From an uncultured Chlamydiae bacterium (GTDB taxonomy: Bacteria > Chlamydiota > Chlamydiia > Chlamydiales > Parachlamydiaceae), in the NCBI GenBank assembly GCA_963830365.1, contig CAWHMU010000023.1:1-33846 (forward strand): a stretch of DNA of 33,846 nucleotides, given 5' to 3'. Made by a program: the position numbers and the translations under genes. This document shows, piece after piece, positions 17,555-26,116 of this stretch. The notes beneath the pieces are model-generated. The model had not been told where the DNA came from and searched no databases. It saw only the letters and a program-made list of their open reading frames with translations. How positions within the stretch are numbered: the first letter of the stretch is position 1; each line of letters opens with the position of its first letter.

Positions 17555-18949
17555 ATGCCAAAGCGCTTTTTCCTTTGTCTTTCCCTTTTCTTTTTTTTTG
17601 CGCTGGAGGCGGCTGAAGAAGGCTACATGCTGCAAGAACTCGTGCTTTCGCAGCTGGCCAGGATGCAGCGGTCTGGCATCGTTGAAACGCGCGAATTTCC
17701 GGCCGTCAATCTTACCCAGCTGCGTTTGGGTAATGGCATGACGGTGTGGCTAAAGCCCACAGATTATGAAAATGACGAGATTGTCATCAAGCTGGCAGCC
17801 TTAGGCGGCTATGCTTCGCTGCCTGCCGCCGACCGCCCGTCGGGCGAACTTGCCGCCTCTATTGCCTGGGAATCAGGTATGGGCAAATTGAGCGGCGACC
17901 AGCTCTCCGTCTTGCTCTACGAGAATTCGTTGGATTTTGCCCCTAAAATCCAGGCTTTCAGTCGCACCATCGATGGGACGTCGGGTAATAATGGCTTGGG
18001 GGTTTTTTTTCATTGTGTGCAGATGTTGTTTACGCAGCAGAAGATGAGTGCTGCAGGCATGGATATCGCCCTTGCTAATGCCAAAGACAGCTTTGGGAAG
18101 ATGGCCAGCGATTACGAGCATATCTTTGAAACACTGTTTTTGAAGATCAACACCCAAGGCATGCCGGCATTGCAACCGCTGGCAAGCGCTGATCTAGCAA
18201 AAGTAAAGCTCGCCGTCACCAAGGAGTTCTTTCACCGTGCCTTTTCCGACCCGGCGGAATTCGTGTGTGTGGTGGTGGGCAGTTTCGACCTGCCTAGAAT
18301 GAAGGCCTTGATCAAGCGCTACCTGGGCGCCATCCCCAAGCTGAAACCAGCCGAAGGGTTTGTAAAGAACTTTGGACAGGTCTTTCCTAAAGGCGTGACG
18401 CAGCAGCAGATTAATCTACCTAAGCGCACCGATGCGTTGACCAGCCTGACCTTTCCGTGGAGGAAGCCGATGGATGAAGAGGGCATGTATAAGATGTCAT
18501 TCTCCTGTCAGGTCATCGAAGCCCATTTGCGCCGCGTGATCATCGAACGCATGAAATTATCGTATGGCATCGACGTGTTGTATGAGTTTCCTTTTTACCC
18601 CTATCTGGATTGTCCCTGGATTTCCATCCGCTTCAGGTGCGATGCCGACCGCGTGCAGCCCTTACGAGAACTGATCATGGCAGAGCTTAAGCACTTGCAG
18701 GAGAAGGGGATTACTCAGGACGATGTCGAGGCTATCCAACACCTTGAAGCCGGCAGCAATGAGTTCTGGCTGCACGACAACTTCTATTGGATGTCGATGC
18801 TTACCAACTACTACCTATGGAAATGGGATCCCCAGTGGATTTACCGCGGCGCCGCCATGATGCAGGATCTGGCGCCAGCGACTATCAACGCTCTGCTGAA
18901 AACCGCCATCTCCCTCGACAACTACAGCGCCATCACCGCCAACCCCTAG
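17555..18949 (+). CDS. M16 (insulinase/PqqL-like) peptidase-family protein, non-catalytic half, with a signal peptide
   Basis: Motifs LGNGMTVWLKPT, AFSDPAEFVCVVVGSFD and IKRYLGAIP; no HXXEH motif found. Confidence 0.75.
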   Translation: MPKRFFLCLSLFFFFALEAAEEGYMLQELVLSQLARMQRSGIVETREFPAVNLTQLRLGNGMTVWLKPTDYENDEIVIKLAALGGYASLPAADRPSGELAASIAWESGMGKLSGDQLSVLLYENSLDFAPKIQAFSRTIDGTSGNNGLGVFFHCVQMLFTQQKMSAAGMDIALANAKDSFGKMASDYEHIFETLFLKINTQGMPALQPLASADLAKVKLAVTKEFFHRAFSDPAEFVCVVVGSFDLPRMKALIKRYLGAIPKLKPAEGFVKNFGQVFPKGVTQQQINLPKRTDALTSLTFPWRKPMDEEGMYKMSFSCQVIEAHLRRVIIERMKLSYGIDVLYEFPFYPYLDCPWISIRFRCDADRVQPLRELIMAELKHLQEKGITQDDVEAIQHLEAGSNEFWLHDNFYWMSMLTNYYLWKWDPQWIYRGAAMMQDLAPATINALLKTAISLDNYSAITANP

Positions 18950-19027
18950 CCAGCCCTAAGCCCCGTCAATTTCTTTTGTTGGGCGACGTTGAACCCACGG
19001 CCAAATATACACCTTCCCGTCTAATAA

Positions 19028-19566
19028 GGATCATCGCATAATCGCGTACCTCCCCGTATGTAAACTAATGGAGGATGTTAAATAAATCATACAGAATGGC
19101 AAATTGCGCCTTCGATCCTTTGAAGGAAGGATTTGAGTTGGCACTGCCATACAAGAGATAGGGCACAAGCCATGAGAACATTTTTACAGCCTCGATAGAG
19201 GCGGCAGCATGTAGCCACATGCGTCAGCGTGTGGTCATCGCATGTTTAGAAACAAAGCCGTGGATACGGCGGCAGCAGTGACTAAAGGATAGTATATGCT
19301 ATAATAATTGCATCTAATTCAGCTTCCATCGAAATTGCTGTCGCCGTATTCACGGCTCTTTTTATACTACATTTTATTCCATAGGTTGACACCTATGGCT
19401 ACATGCTGCCGCCTCTATTGAGGCTAACTAGACCTTCTGTGCTAGAATGCCGATGTGTTTCAAAGAGAATATTACAAATAGATCATTACTTCTCATATTT
19501 AAACCATCAATTACTAGGGCTTTTTGACGAATCATCATGGGCAGGTACTCATTTGTACGATGAACC
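19028..19566. mobile_element. MITE with imperfect 28-bp TIRs and an 8-bp target-site duplication; same TIR family as 12101-12598
   Basis: Left end GGATCATCGCATAATCGCGTACCTCCCC versus right-end reverse complement GGTTCATCGTACAAATGAGTACCTGCCC. TCTAATAA is duplicated at 19020-19027 and 19567-19574. Confidence 0.8.
19188..19425. repeat. REPIN-like palindromic element
   Basis: Ends AGCCTCGATAGAGGCGGCAGCATGTAGCCA and TGGCTACATGCTGCCGCCTCTATTGAGGCT pair. Related to 4230-4475 and 21211-21448. Confidence 0.88.
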
Positions 19567-19678
19567 TCTAATAATTTAATTAATATATATGTTAAATATA
19601 TTAGATGATTATAATAGTAGTTGGCTGGTGTGTTAAATAGGTTAGTGGTGATTTATATGTTTTTAATGGAGGTTTAAT

Positions 19679-21121
19679 ATGACTGGTTCATTAGGTCCAA
19701 AAAATCCAAATGCAGAGCGACAAGTATCAGAGCATCCAGCAATTTTAACCACTACAACAACGACAACTACGACCGGCAGAAAATTAGCGGAAATAAAACC
19801 AACGAGATTTTTCTCGCCTGGTGTAAGCTTTTTTAAAAATATTGCCTATCAGATTAGCAAATTCTTCAATGGATTATTTAGAACAGAGTCGCATGCAGAC
19901 TCGAAATATGACCGTAAGTTTATTAATGAAAAAATTACACTTTTGAATGACCTTGTAAAAAAAATTAACAGGGGTGAAACGGTAGATTCAAAGACATTGA
20001 TCGCGATCGAAAAAGAAACATGCGATTTCCAAACGATGCCGGAAACCAACCTGCAAGAGCTAAGTGCCTTCAAGCAGCAAGATATACGAAAGATTCATGA
20101 TAAAGTTGCTGAACTGCTAAAGCTAGCCTCTTCTCATCCAGCATCGGATGAATGTAATGAGGGTGTTCCTGACACAACGTATAAAGACGGATTACCCCCA
20201 CCCCCGGCATCTTCGATTCCGCTAGCCAGCGGACCACTCCCTACTAAGCCAGGAGAAGTTGCTGGCAGCAGGCTTAATGCTCTTGAGGCGCTGAAAGCCG
20301 AAATTACCAGTTTCCAATCAGAAGCACCCCAAAAACCAAAAAATCGAGGAGAAAATAGAGCGGCGGATGACGCCTGGGACAAGCATATCGCTCAGCACAA
20401 AGATCTGCACAAAAAAATTGAAGAGATCCTATTTGAAGGCAAAGGTAAGATAGAACAACTAAAGGGAGATGTTAAGCATTATCTTCCAGCGTTGGGGGCC
20501 GAAAAATATCTTGAATTGATCGAACAGCAAATAAGTGCGCTGGCAGCTAAGCCAAGTCCAAAAGTACTGGTCAGTCCCAGTGAAGAAATAAAACAATCCA
20601 CCCCAGCCACTGCACAACAATCAACACAAGCAACAGCTCAACCCGTCTGGGACCCAAACGTAACTTACAGATATGTGCCTGATAAACCAGCATCGGAAAA
20701 CGGCATACCACCTCAAGTGCCGGCAGTCTCCGCAGCCACAGACAGCGCACAAGCAGGCGAAGGTGTGCAAACGCCGTCTACTGCCGAGCTGGCTAAATTA
20801 AGAAGCGAAGTTGAAACGCAACAACAGTTAGCCAGAAATATCAAAAGAGATGAGGAAGTTAGAAAGCAACTCGATAAATTGATAGATGCCGCTGCGGAAT
20901 ATACAAAAGATAAAACAAAGTTTCCTAAGGATCTCAGCGAGCATTGGGCTGAAGTCAAAGAGGTGTTTGCCGAAACGAAGGAGCAAATTTTAACCGAAGA
21001 AGACATTAAAGCTCAGGTGAATGCCATCCTCGATGTGGTAAAAGGCGATGAAGAGGGCGTTGAAACATTGCCATCCCAACTTCAGGTTTATATAAAAAAT
21101 ATAGTCGATCTTTTGCGTTAA
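19679..21121 (+). CDS. Hypothetical protein, low-complexity and coiled-coil, effector-like
   Basis: RBS GGAGG; 480-aa ORF with a T9 run, Pro-rich patches and charged helical regions; A-rich codon usage; no recognisable domain. Confidence 0.75.
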   Translation: MTGSLGPKNPNAERQVSEHPAILTTTTTTTTTGRKLAEIKPTRFFSPGVSFFKNIAYQISKFFNGLFRTESHADSKYDRKFINEKITLLNDLVKKINRGETVDSKTLIAIEKETCDFQTMPETNLQELSAFKQQDIRKIHDKVAELLKLASSHPASDECNEGVPDTTYKDGLPPPPASSIPLASGPLPTKPGEVAGSRLNALEALKAEITSFQSEAPQKPKNRGENRAADDAWDKHIAQHKDLHKKIEEILFEGKGKIEQLKGDVKHYLPALGAEKYLELIEQQISALAAKPSPKVLVSPSEEIKQSTPATAQQSTQATAQPVWDPNVTYRYVPDKPASENGIPPQVPAVSAATDSAQAGEGVQTPSTAELAKLRSEVETQQQLARNIKRDEEVRKQLDKLIDAAAEYTKDKTKFPKDLSEHWAEVKEVFAETKEQILTEEDIKAQVNAILDVVKGDEEGVETLPSQLQVYIKNIVDLLR

Positions 21122-21156
21122 GTAGGGCCAGGTCTGCGAAGCTAAGGAAAACCATC

Positions 21157-21201
21157 TGTCCATAATGTCCATTCCCTGTCCATGTTGTCCATACTGTCCA
21201 T
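21157..21201. repeat. Five spaced TGTCCAT heptamers
   Basis: TGTCCAT occurs at 21157, 21166, 21177, 21186 and 21195. Confidence 0.8.
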
Positions 21202-21210
21202 TTTTGCTAA

Positions 21211-21448
21211 AGCCTCGCTAGAGGCGGCAGCATGTAGCCACATGCGTAAGCGTGTGGTAACCGATTGTTTAGAAATAAAGCCGTGGACACGGCGACACCA
21301 ATGGCTGAGGTTGTTTTGCGCTAAAAATAGTTGCCTTGTATTCAGCATCGTTCGGTGCTGCTGCCGCCGTATGCACGGCTTCTTTTTTGCATGTTTATTC
21401 CATAGGTTGTGACACCTACGGCCACATGCTTTCGCCTCTAGCGAGGCT
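21211..21448. repeat. REPIN-like palindromic element, close relative of 19188-19425
   Basis: Starts AGCCTCGCTAGAGGCGGCAGCATGTAGCCACATGCGT and ends CGCCTCTAGCGAGGCT. Confidence 0.88.
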
Positions 21449-21563
21449 TATTAAAAACGTGCTAATTTCCTGTGTCCCGCCCTTGCCAAACTGCAGGGTG
21501 GCCAGTTAAGGGCAAACCGTGTATGCTGGAGTGTCTATATTTTGCTTGAACCATGATGGGAAT

Positions 21564-22280
21564 ATGAGCGGCGCGACAGCCTTGCAGAAACTTTATCTAT
21601 GCCTGTGCGCGGCCTTCTGCGTGATCGTGGTGGTGGCCAACATCATTTCCGTCAAGATGGTGCATGTGCCATATCCGGTGGATCTCTCTTTTCCGGTCGG
21701 ACTGCTTTTCTATCCACTGACATTTTTAATCGGCGATCTGGTCACTGAAATCTATGGGGCGAAAAAGGCCAAGCTGATCGTTTATATTGCGCTCGGCATG
21801 AACCTGCTTAGCCTAGGCATGATCCAAATCGCCTTGGCGCTGCCGGCGGCCTCATGGCAGGAAGAAAGCGCCTTTCAGGACGTGCTAGGACTCGGCAATA
21901 TCCGCATTATGGCTTCGCTTATCGCCTATCTGGTGGCACAGATAGCGGGCATCCAGCTATTTGCGCTGATCAAAAGCCGGACAGGTGAGCGTTTTCTCTG
22001 GCTGCGCAACAATGCTTCGGCCTGTGTGGCGCAAATCCTTGACACGGTGATTGTCGATCTCATCTATTTGTACTGGGGTTTGGGCATGCCGGCCGAGGTG
22101 GTAGGGCAGATCATCCTCTTCTCTTACGTCTTTAAGGTCTTTTTCAGCCTCGCCAACACGCCTTTATTTTATCTTTGCGTCTATTTGATCCGGCAGGCAA
22201 GCTGGGGGAGCACAAGTCAACTCTTGGCGCGTGACGAAATAACCATGGCCCATCCCACACAAGCGTTCATAATAGATTGA
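21564..22280 (+). CDS. Queuosine precursor transporter (VUT/YhhQ family)
   Basis: Motifs ANIISVK, YPLTFLIGDLVTEIYG, ASLIAYLVAQ, LWLRNNAS, QILDT and NTP. Start position uncertain. Confidence 0.88.
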   Translation: MSGATALQKLYLCLCAAFCVIVVVANIISVKMVHVPYPVDLSFPVGLLFYPLTFLIGDLVTEIYGAKKAKLIVYIALGMNLLSLGMIQIALALPAASWQEESAFQDVLGLGNIRIMASLIAYLVAQIAGIQLFALIKSRTGERFLWLRNNASACVAQILDTVIVDLIYLYWGLGMPAEVVGQIILFSYVFKVFFSLANTPLFYLCVYLIRQASWGSTSQLLARDEITMAHPTQAFIID

Positions 22281-22287
22281 CCGGCTT

Positions 22288-22384
22288 TCTCTGTGCCGCT
22301 GTGTCTCTGTGGTGAATTTTGTTCCGCGCTTTATGTATGATTGATCTCGATGCGGAAAATTTACCACCACAGAGCCACCGAGAG
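22288..22384. repeat. Inverted pair of CACAGAG-type repeats
   Basis: TGTGTCTCTGTGGTGAATTT pairs with AAATTTACCACCACAGAGCCACCGAGAG; same motif as at 30806-31215. Confidence 0.65.
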
Positions 22385-22452
22385 GTAGAGGCTTAGAATG
22401 AAAAGAATGGCTTTTGCAAGAATCATGAACATAGTTATCGATGAGAGTTATC

Positions 22453-24060
22453 ATGCACCACCCACATCCTTTTGAGAAATTCCTACAAACTTTCGCGCCG
22501 GCCGTGGCACATAAGTCGCGTCAGCTAAACAAGGCCGTATGGCTGTTAGAGACCACGGGCGCATCCGATGCCGCCGATTTAAAGGCCGAGCTGGATGCCG
22601 AATGCCGCCTGCTGTTTCATGATGCCGCCACCTATCAAAAGCTGCTGGCGTGGGATGGCGATGCTGCCATTACAGATGCGCAGCTTAAGCGGCAGCTGAA
22701 TGTGCTGATCCGCGCTTTCAAGCAAAATCAGCTCCCCAAGGCGCTGGTCGAAGAGATCGCGCAGAAAGAAGCGGCGCTTTCCCAAGCCTATGCCGGCTTC
22801 CGCGCCGAATTTGAAGGGCAGGCAGTCTCGGAAAACGAGATCCTGGCCCTCTTGAAAAAGGAAAATGACCCCCGCAGGCGCAAAGCGGTATGGCAGGCTT
22901 CAAAATGCATCGGCGACATCCTGGCGCCGCAGATCCTTGCGCTGGTCGCCTTGCGCAACCAGGCGGCCAAAAGCTTGGGTTATAGCGATTATTTCCAGTT
23001 GCAGTTAAATCTGCAGGAGGTCGATGGCAACTGGCTGACAGAAACTCTAGAAACCCTCATGCAGCGCTCCGATGACGCCTATACAGCCATACTTGGTGAA
23101 ATTGAAAGGCAGCAGGCCGAGCGTTTCGGCGTCGCTATCTCTGAGCTTGAGCCTTGGGCCTGGAGCGATCCCTTTGGCCAGGCCGATCCGCTCGGCACGC
23201 TTGAGCTTGACGCTTTGGTGACAGGCGTCGATCTATCTTTGGCCGGCGCCGCCTTTTACCAGCGCATCGGCATTGATGTGCAGCCCATTTTGGAGCGCAG
23301 CGATATGTACGAGCGTGTCGGCAAAAATCAGCATGCCTTTTGCATCAATATCGACCGTGGTAATGATGTGCGCACGCTGAATAATGTGCAGCCCACCATC
23401 AAATGGCTAGAAACCGTGCTGCATGAACTCGGCCATGCCGTCTATGAGCTGGGGTTTGCTGACGATATGCCGTGGCTGTTGCGCGAGCCGCCGCATATGA
23501 TCACGACGGAAGCGATGGCGCTTTTGGCCGGCCGCCAAGCCTATCGAAAAGATGCCCTCGCACGACTGACGCCATCTGCCAAAGCTAATGAACCGCTGAT
23601 GCAGACAGCCGCGCACAGCCTTAGGCGGCGCCAGCTGATTTTCAGCCGCTGGGTACTGGTCATGACGGCCTTTGAGCGCGAGTTGTATCGCGATCCCAAA
23701 CAGGACCTCAACCGCCTATGGTGGGAGTTGGTGGCTAAATACCAAAAGATTGCCGCACCCAAGGGGCGCGCCGGCAAAAACGACTGGGCGGCCAAATACC
23801 ATATCGGCCTGGCGCCGGTGTATTATTTTAGTTATCTGCTGGGGGAGATGTTTGCCTCAGAGATCGAAGAGATGCTGATGAAAGAGACCGGTTCCTACGA
23901 TTTTGCCTCGCCGCTTGTCGGCAATATCTTGCAGCAAAGGCTTTTCCAGCCCGCCAACAGCCTGAGCTGGCCGTCGCTGATCAAACATGTCACCGGCCAG
24001 CCGTTGAATGGGGAGGCCTGGCTCCGCCAATTCGCCAGCACAAGCACAAAAAACTGCTGA
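22453..24060 (+). CDS. M3/M2-family zinc oligopeptidase
   Basis: LRNQAAKSLGY, HEXXH motif VLHELGH, downstream TEAMA, and HIGLAPVYYFSY. Confidence 0.9.
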   Translation: MHHPHPFEKFLQTFAPAVAHKSRQLNKAVWLLETTGASDAADLKAELDAECRLLFHDAATYQKLLAWDGDAAITDAQLKRQLNVLIRAFKQNQLPKALVEEIAQKEAALSQAYAGFRAEFEGQAVSENEILALLKKENDPRRRKAVWQASKCIGDILAPQILALVALRNQAAKSLGYSDYFQLQLNLQEVDGNWLTETLETLMQRSDDAYTAILGEIERQQAERFGVAISELEPWAWSDPFGQADPLGTLELDALVTGVDLSLAGAAFYQRIGIDVQPILERSDMYERVGKNQHAFCINIDRGNDVRTLNNVQPTIKWLETVLHELGHAVYELGFADDMPWLLREPPHMITTEAMALLAGRQAYRKDALARLTPSAKANEPLMQTAAHSLRRRQLIFSRWVLVMTAFERELYRDPKQDLNRLWWELVAKYQKIAAPKGRAGKNDWAAKYHIGLAPVYYFSYLLGEMFASEIEEMLMKETGSYDFASPLVGNILQQRLFQPANSLSWPSLIKHVTGQPLNGEAWLRQFASTSTKNC

Positions 24061-24104
24061 TGCCGCTGAAAGATATATTTAGACATGAAAAGACATCATT
24101 GTTT

Positions 24105-24127
24105 GTAGCGCAGATTTCAGTCTGCGT
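24105..24127 (+). repeat. GTAG-type REP
   Basis: GTAG followed by the hairpin CGCAGA-TTTCAG-TCTGCG. Inverted relatives lie at 25316-25338 and 25407-25428. Confidence 0.7.
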
Positions 24128-24162
24128 CTGTAGTTTATATGTTTCTTAAGACTTTTTGTCTG

Positions 24163-24925
24163 TGCTAAGTCCGGAGCGTATGCGGAGGACGTTTGCTAAT
24201 AGCCCACCGTGACTGAGCGATTAGCGAAGGAACGGTGGGGACGGCCCAAAGTTTCATCGAGCCCGGAGCGGAAGCGAAGGGCGATTGATTTCATGCAGAT
24301 CACTCTTGCATCCAAGTCGTGCCCCATTGACGATTCAATAGTTCAATTTCATCATCGAAGGATTTTAATTTATGATGCTCCTTTTGATTTTCAATATATC
24401 TTCTAATTTGTTCTACATGAGATTTTGAACTAGAGAATCCTCCGTACCCTTCTTGCCAAGAAAAACTTCCAAATCCCTCTTTTTTAATCCATGAAGTACT
24501 GTATGACTTCACTTCTTTCACCAACGTGCTCAAGGCTATAGCAGGATGAAGATTTAATAGTATATGTATATGATTATCGGTTCCATTAATTTGTAAAACA
24601 GGGGATTTGCTTTCTCTAGAAATCCCACACATATATTGATGCAAGCGAGTTTCAATTTCCATCGGGATTAAAGAGGATCGATCTTTCGTTGCAAAAATTA
24701 TATGAAGATAATTCTGAACACAACTATGAGCCATATCCTATCCACGTAAAGAATTCGCTAATGTATCAACAGCTCAAATTTCGGTCCATTAATATCGAAT
24801 CAATCGCCCTTCGCTTTCGCTCCGGGCTCGATAAAATTTTGCTCTATTCCCACCGTTCCTTCGCTAATTGCTCATTCACGGTGGGCTATTAGCAAACGTC
24901 CTCCGCATGTGCTCCGGACTTAGCA
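24163..24925. mobile_element. HUH transposase gene bracketed by 128-bp inverted repeats (24163-24290 and 24798-24925)
   Basis: TGCTAAGTCCGGAGC...GAAGGGCGATTGATT recurs inverted as AATCAATCGCCCTTC...GCTCCGGACTTAGCA. Confidence 0.88.
24300..24734 (-). CDS. tnpA: IS200/IS605-like Y1 (HUH) transposase, RAYT-like
   Basis: Motifs HIIFATKDR, HUH NHIHILL, WQEGYGGFS and catalytic Tyr in RYIENQKEHH. No tnpB is present. Confidence 0.93.
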   Translation of the reverse strand: MAHSCVQNYLHIIFATKDRSSLIPMEIETRLHQYMCGISRESKSPVLQINGTDNHIHILLNLHPAIALSTLVKEVKSYSTSWIKKEGFGSFSWQEGYGGFSSSKSHVEQIRRYIENQKEHHKLKSFDDEIELLNRQWGTTWMQE

Positions 24926-24980
24926 TACACATGCACAAGATCTCAAGAAACCTATAAACTATAGAGCACAGGTTAAAACC

Positions 24981-25384
24981 CAATGTCGTCAAAATAAGGT
25001 GTAAGATATTTAAAAAGAACAGGATGTAAGGATGGTTAGGATAAATCAGCATCCTGTCCATCCTAATATCATGTTATTTTTTTGACCGAATATAATTGTT
25101 GAAATGGAGAACACAGCCTTAACGAGTGTGCAAAGTGATTTTGCAAATTTCATGAATCAAGGTGTTGCATTTATGAAGTATTTCGATCGCCGTTTTTAGA
25201 TTTAAAATGAGATCTGATCTTCAATTTCTCTTTTCGTAAGATGTGGATCATCGTTTACATTACTTGCGGGTTAAAACCCGCAAAAACGGACCCAGGTTAA
25301 AACCTGAGGTAACAAACGCAGACTAAAGTCTACGCTACATTATGAGGGATAAAACCTAATTTCTATTTTATTTTGACGACATTG
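24981..25384. mobile_element. MITE with perfect 17-bp TIRs and a 10-bp target-site duplication (IS4-like ends)
   Basis: Ends CAATGTCGTCAAAATAA and TTATTTTGACGACATTG. GGTTAAAACC is duplicated at 24971-24980 and 25385-25394. Confidence 0.88.
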
Positions 25385-25538
25385 GGTTAAAACCTCTGCA
25401 AACAAGCGCAGACTGAGGTCTACGCTACAAGCGCGGGGCTATCAAGAAATTTTAATCAAAAGCTCTCTGCAATCTTTATAAAATCTTTACTTCTTTGGCT
25501 TATAGTTGGCAGAAATGCACAACCTTAAGGAGAAAAAG

Positions 25539-26054
25539 ATGTCAGAAACAAGAACTCGGGTTTCCGGGGATTATATAAAACCGGCCACCTGTCCAATCAA
25601 TCCACAGCCAAGCTGGAGCACGACGACGCGTACGCGCGTATCGGACGATTATGTAAAGCCCAGCACCTGCGCGCCAATCTACACGCAACCGGGATGCGCA
25701 ACGACGACGCGTACGCGCGTATCAGGCGATTATGTAAAGCCAGCAGCCAGTTCATTTTCGGGCAGATCATATTATCACACCCCATGGTGGGGCTGGAGCC
25801 GGCCGGTGGTGACGCCTAGTTATGATCCGGTGGTTGTTAACGCCGGCCATAAAACCTTAGCCGATGTTGTGGCAAGCGTTATCATTGTCGGTGCCGTCAC
25901 GGCCCTGGCCATCGCCGTCTTAGGCATCGCGTCTTCAAATACAGGACCAATTCCATCATATGTACCGTCTTATGTGCGTTGCCATATCGAAGAGGTGTGC
26001 CACTATATAGGGTACGGAATGAAAGAGTGTCACGAGGAAGAAGTTTGCAGCTAG
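25539..26054 (+). CDS. Hypothetical membrane protein with three TRTRVSxDY[IV]KP repeats
   Basis: RBS AAGGAG; repeats spaced 26-27 aa apart; hydrophobic segment VVASVIIVGAVTALAIAVLGIA; Cys/His/Glu-rich tail. Confidence 0.75.
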   Translation: MSETRTRVSGDYIKPATCPINPQPSWSTTTRTRVSDDYVKPSTCAPIYTQPGCATTTRTRVSGDYVKPAASSFSGRSYYHTPWWGWSRPVVTPSYDPVVVNAGHKTLADVVASVIIVGAVTALAIAVLGIASSNTGPIPSYVPSYVRCHIEEVCHYIGYGMKECHEEEVCS

Positions 26055-26058
26055 CGCA

Positions 26059-26098
26059 AAAAAAAGGGTGAAACATCGCTGTTTCACCCTTAGCTTTT
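26059..26098. terminator. Bidirectional intrinsic terminator between convergent genes
   Basis: Hairpin AAGGGTGAAACA-TCGC-TGTTTCACCCTT, preceded by an A-run that gives a U-tail for pnp. Confidence 0.8.
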
Positions 26099-26116
26099 CT
26101 AGACGGTTGGATTTGC

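Noticed and set aside
21449..21563. preQ1 riboswitch upstream of the queuosine precursor transporter
   Set aside because: I could not find the preQ1-I stem-loop plus A-rich tail; an Rfam covariance search would settle it.
24735..25538. tnpB/IscB nuclease or omega-RNA next to tnpA
   Set aside because: There is no RuvC-like ORF on either side, and the flanks are accounted for by inverted repeats and a MITE.
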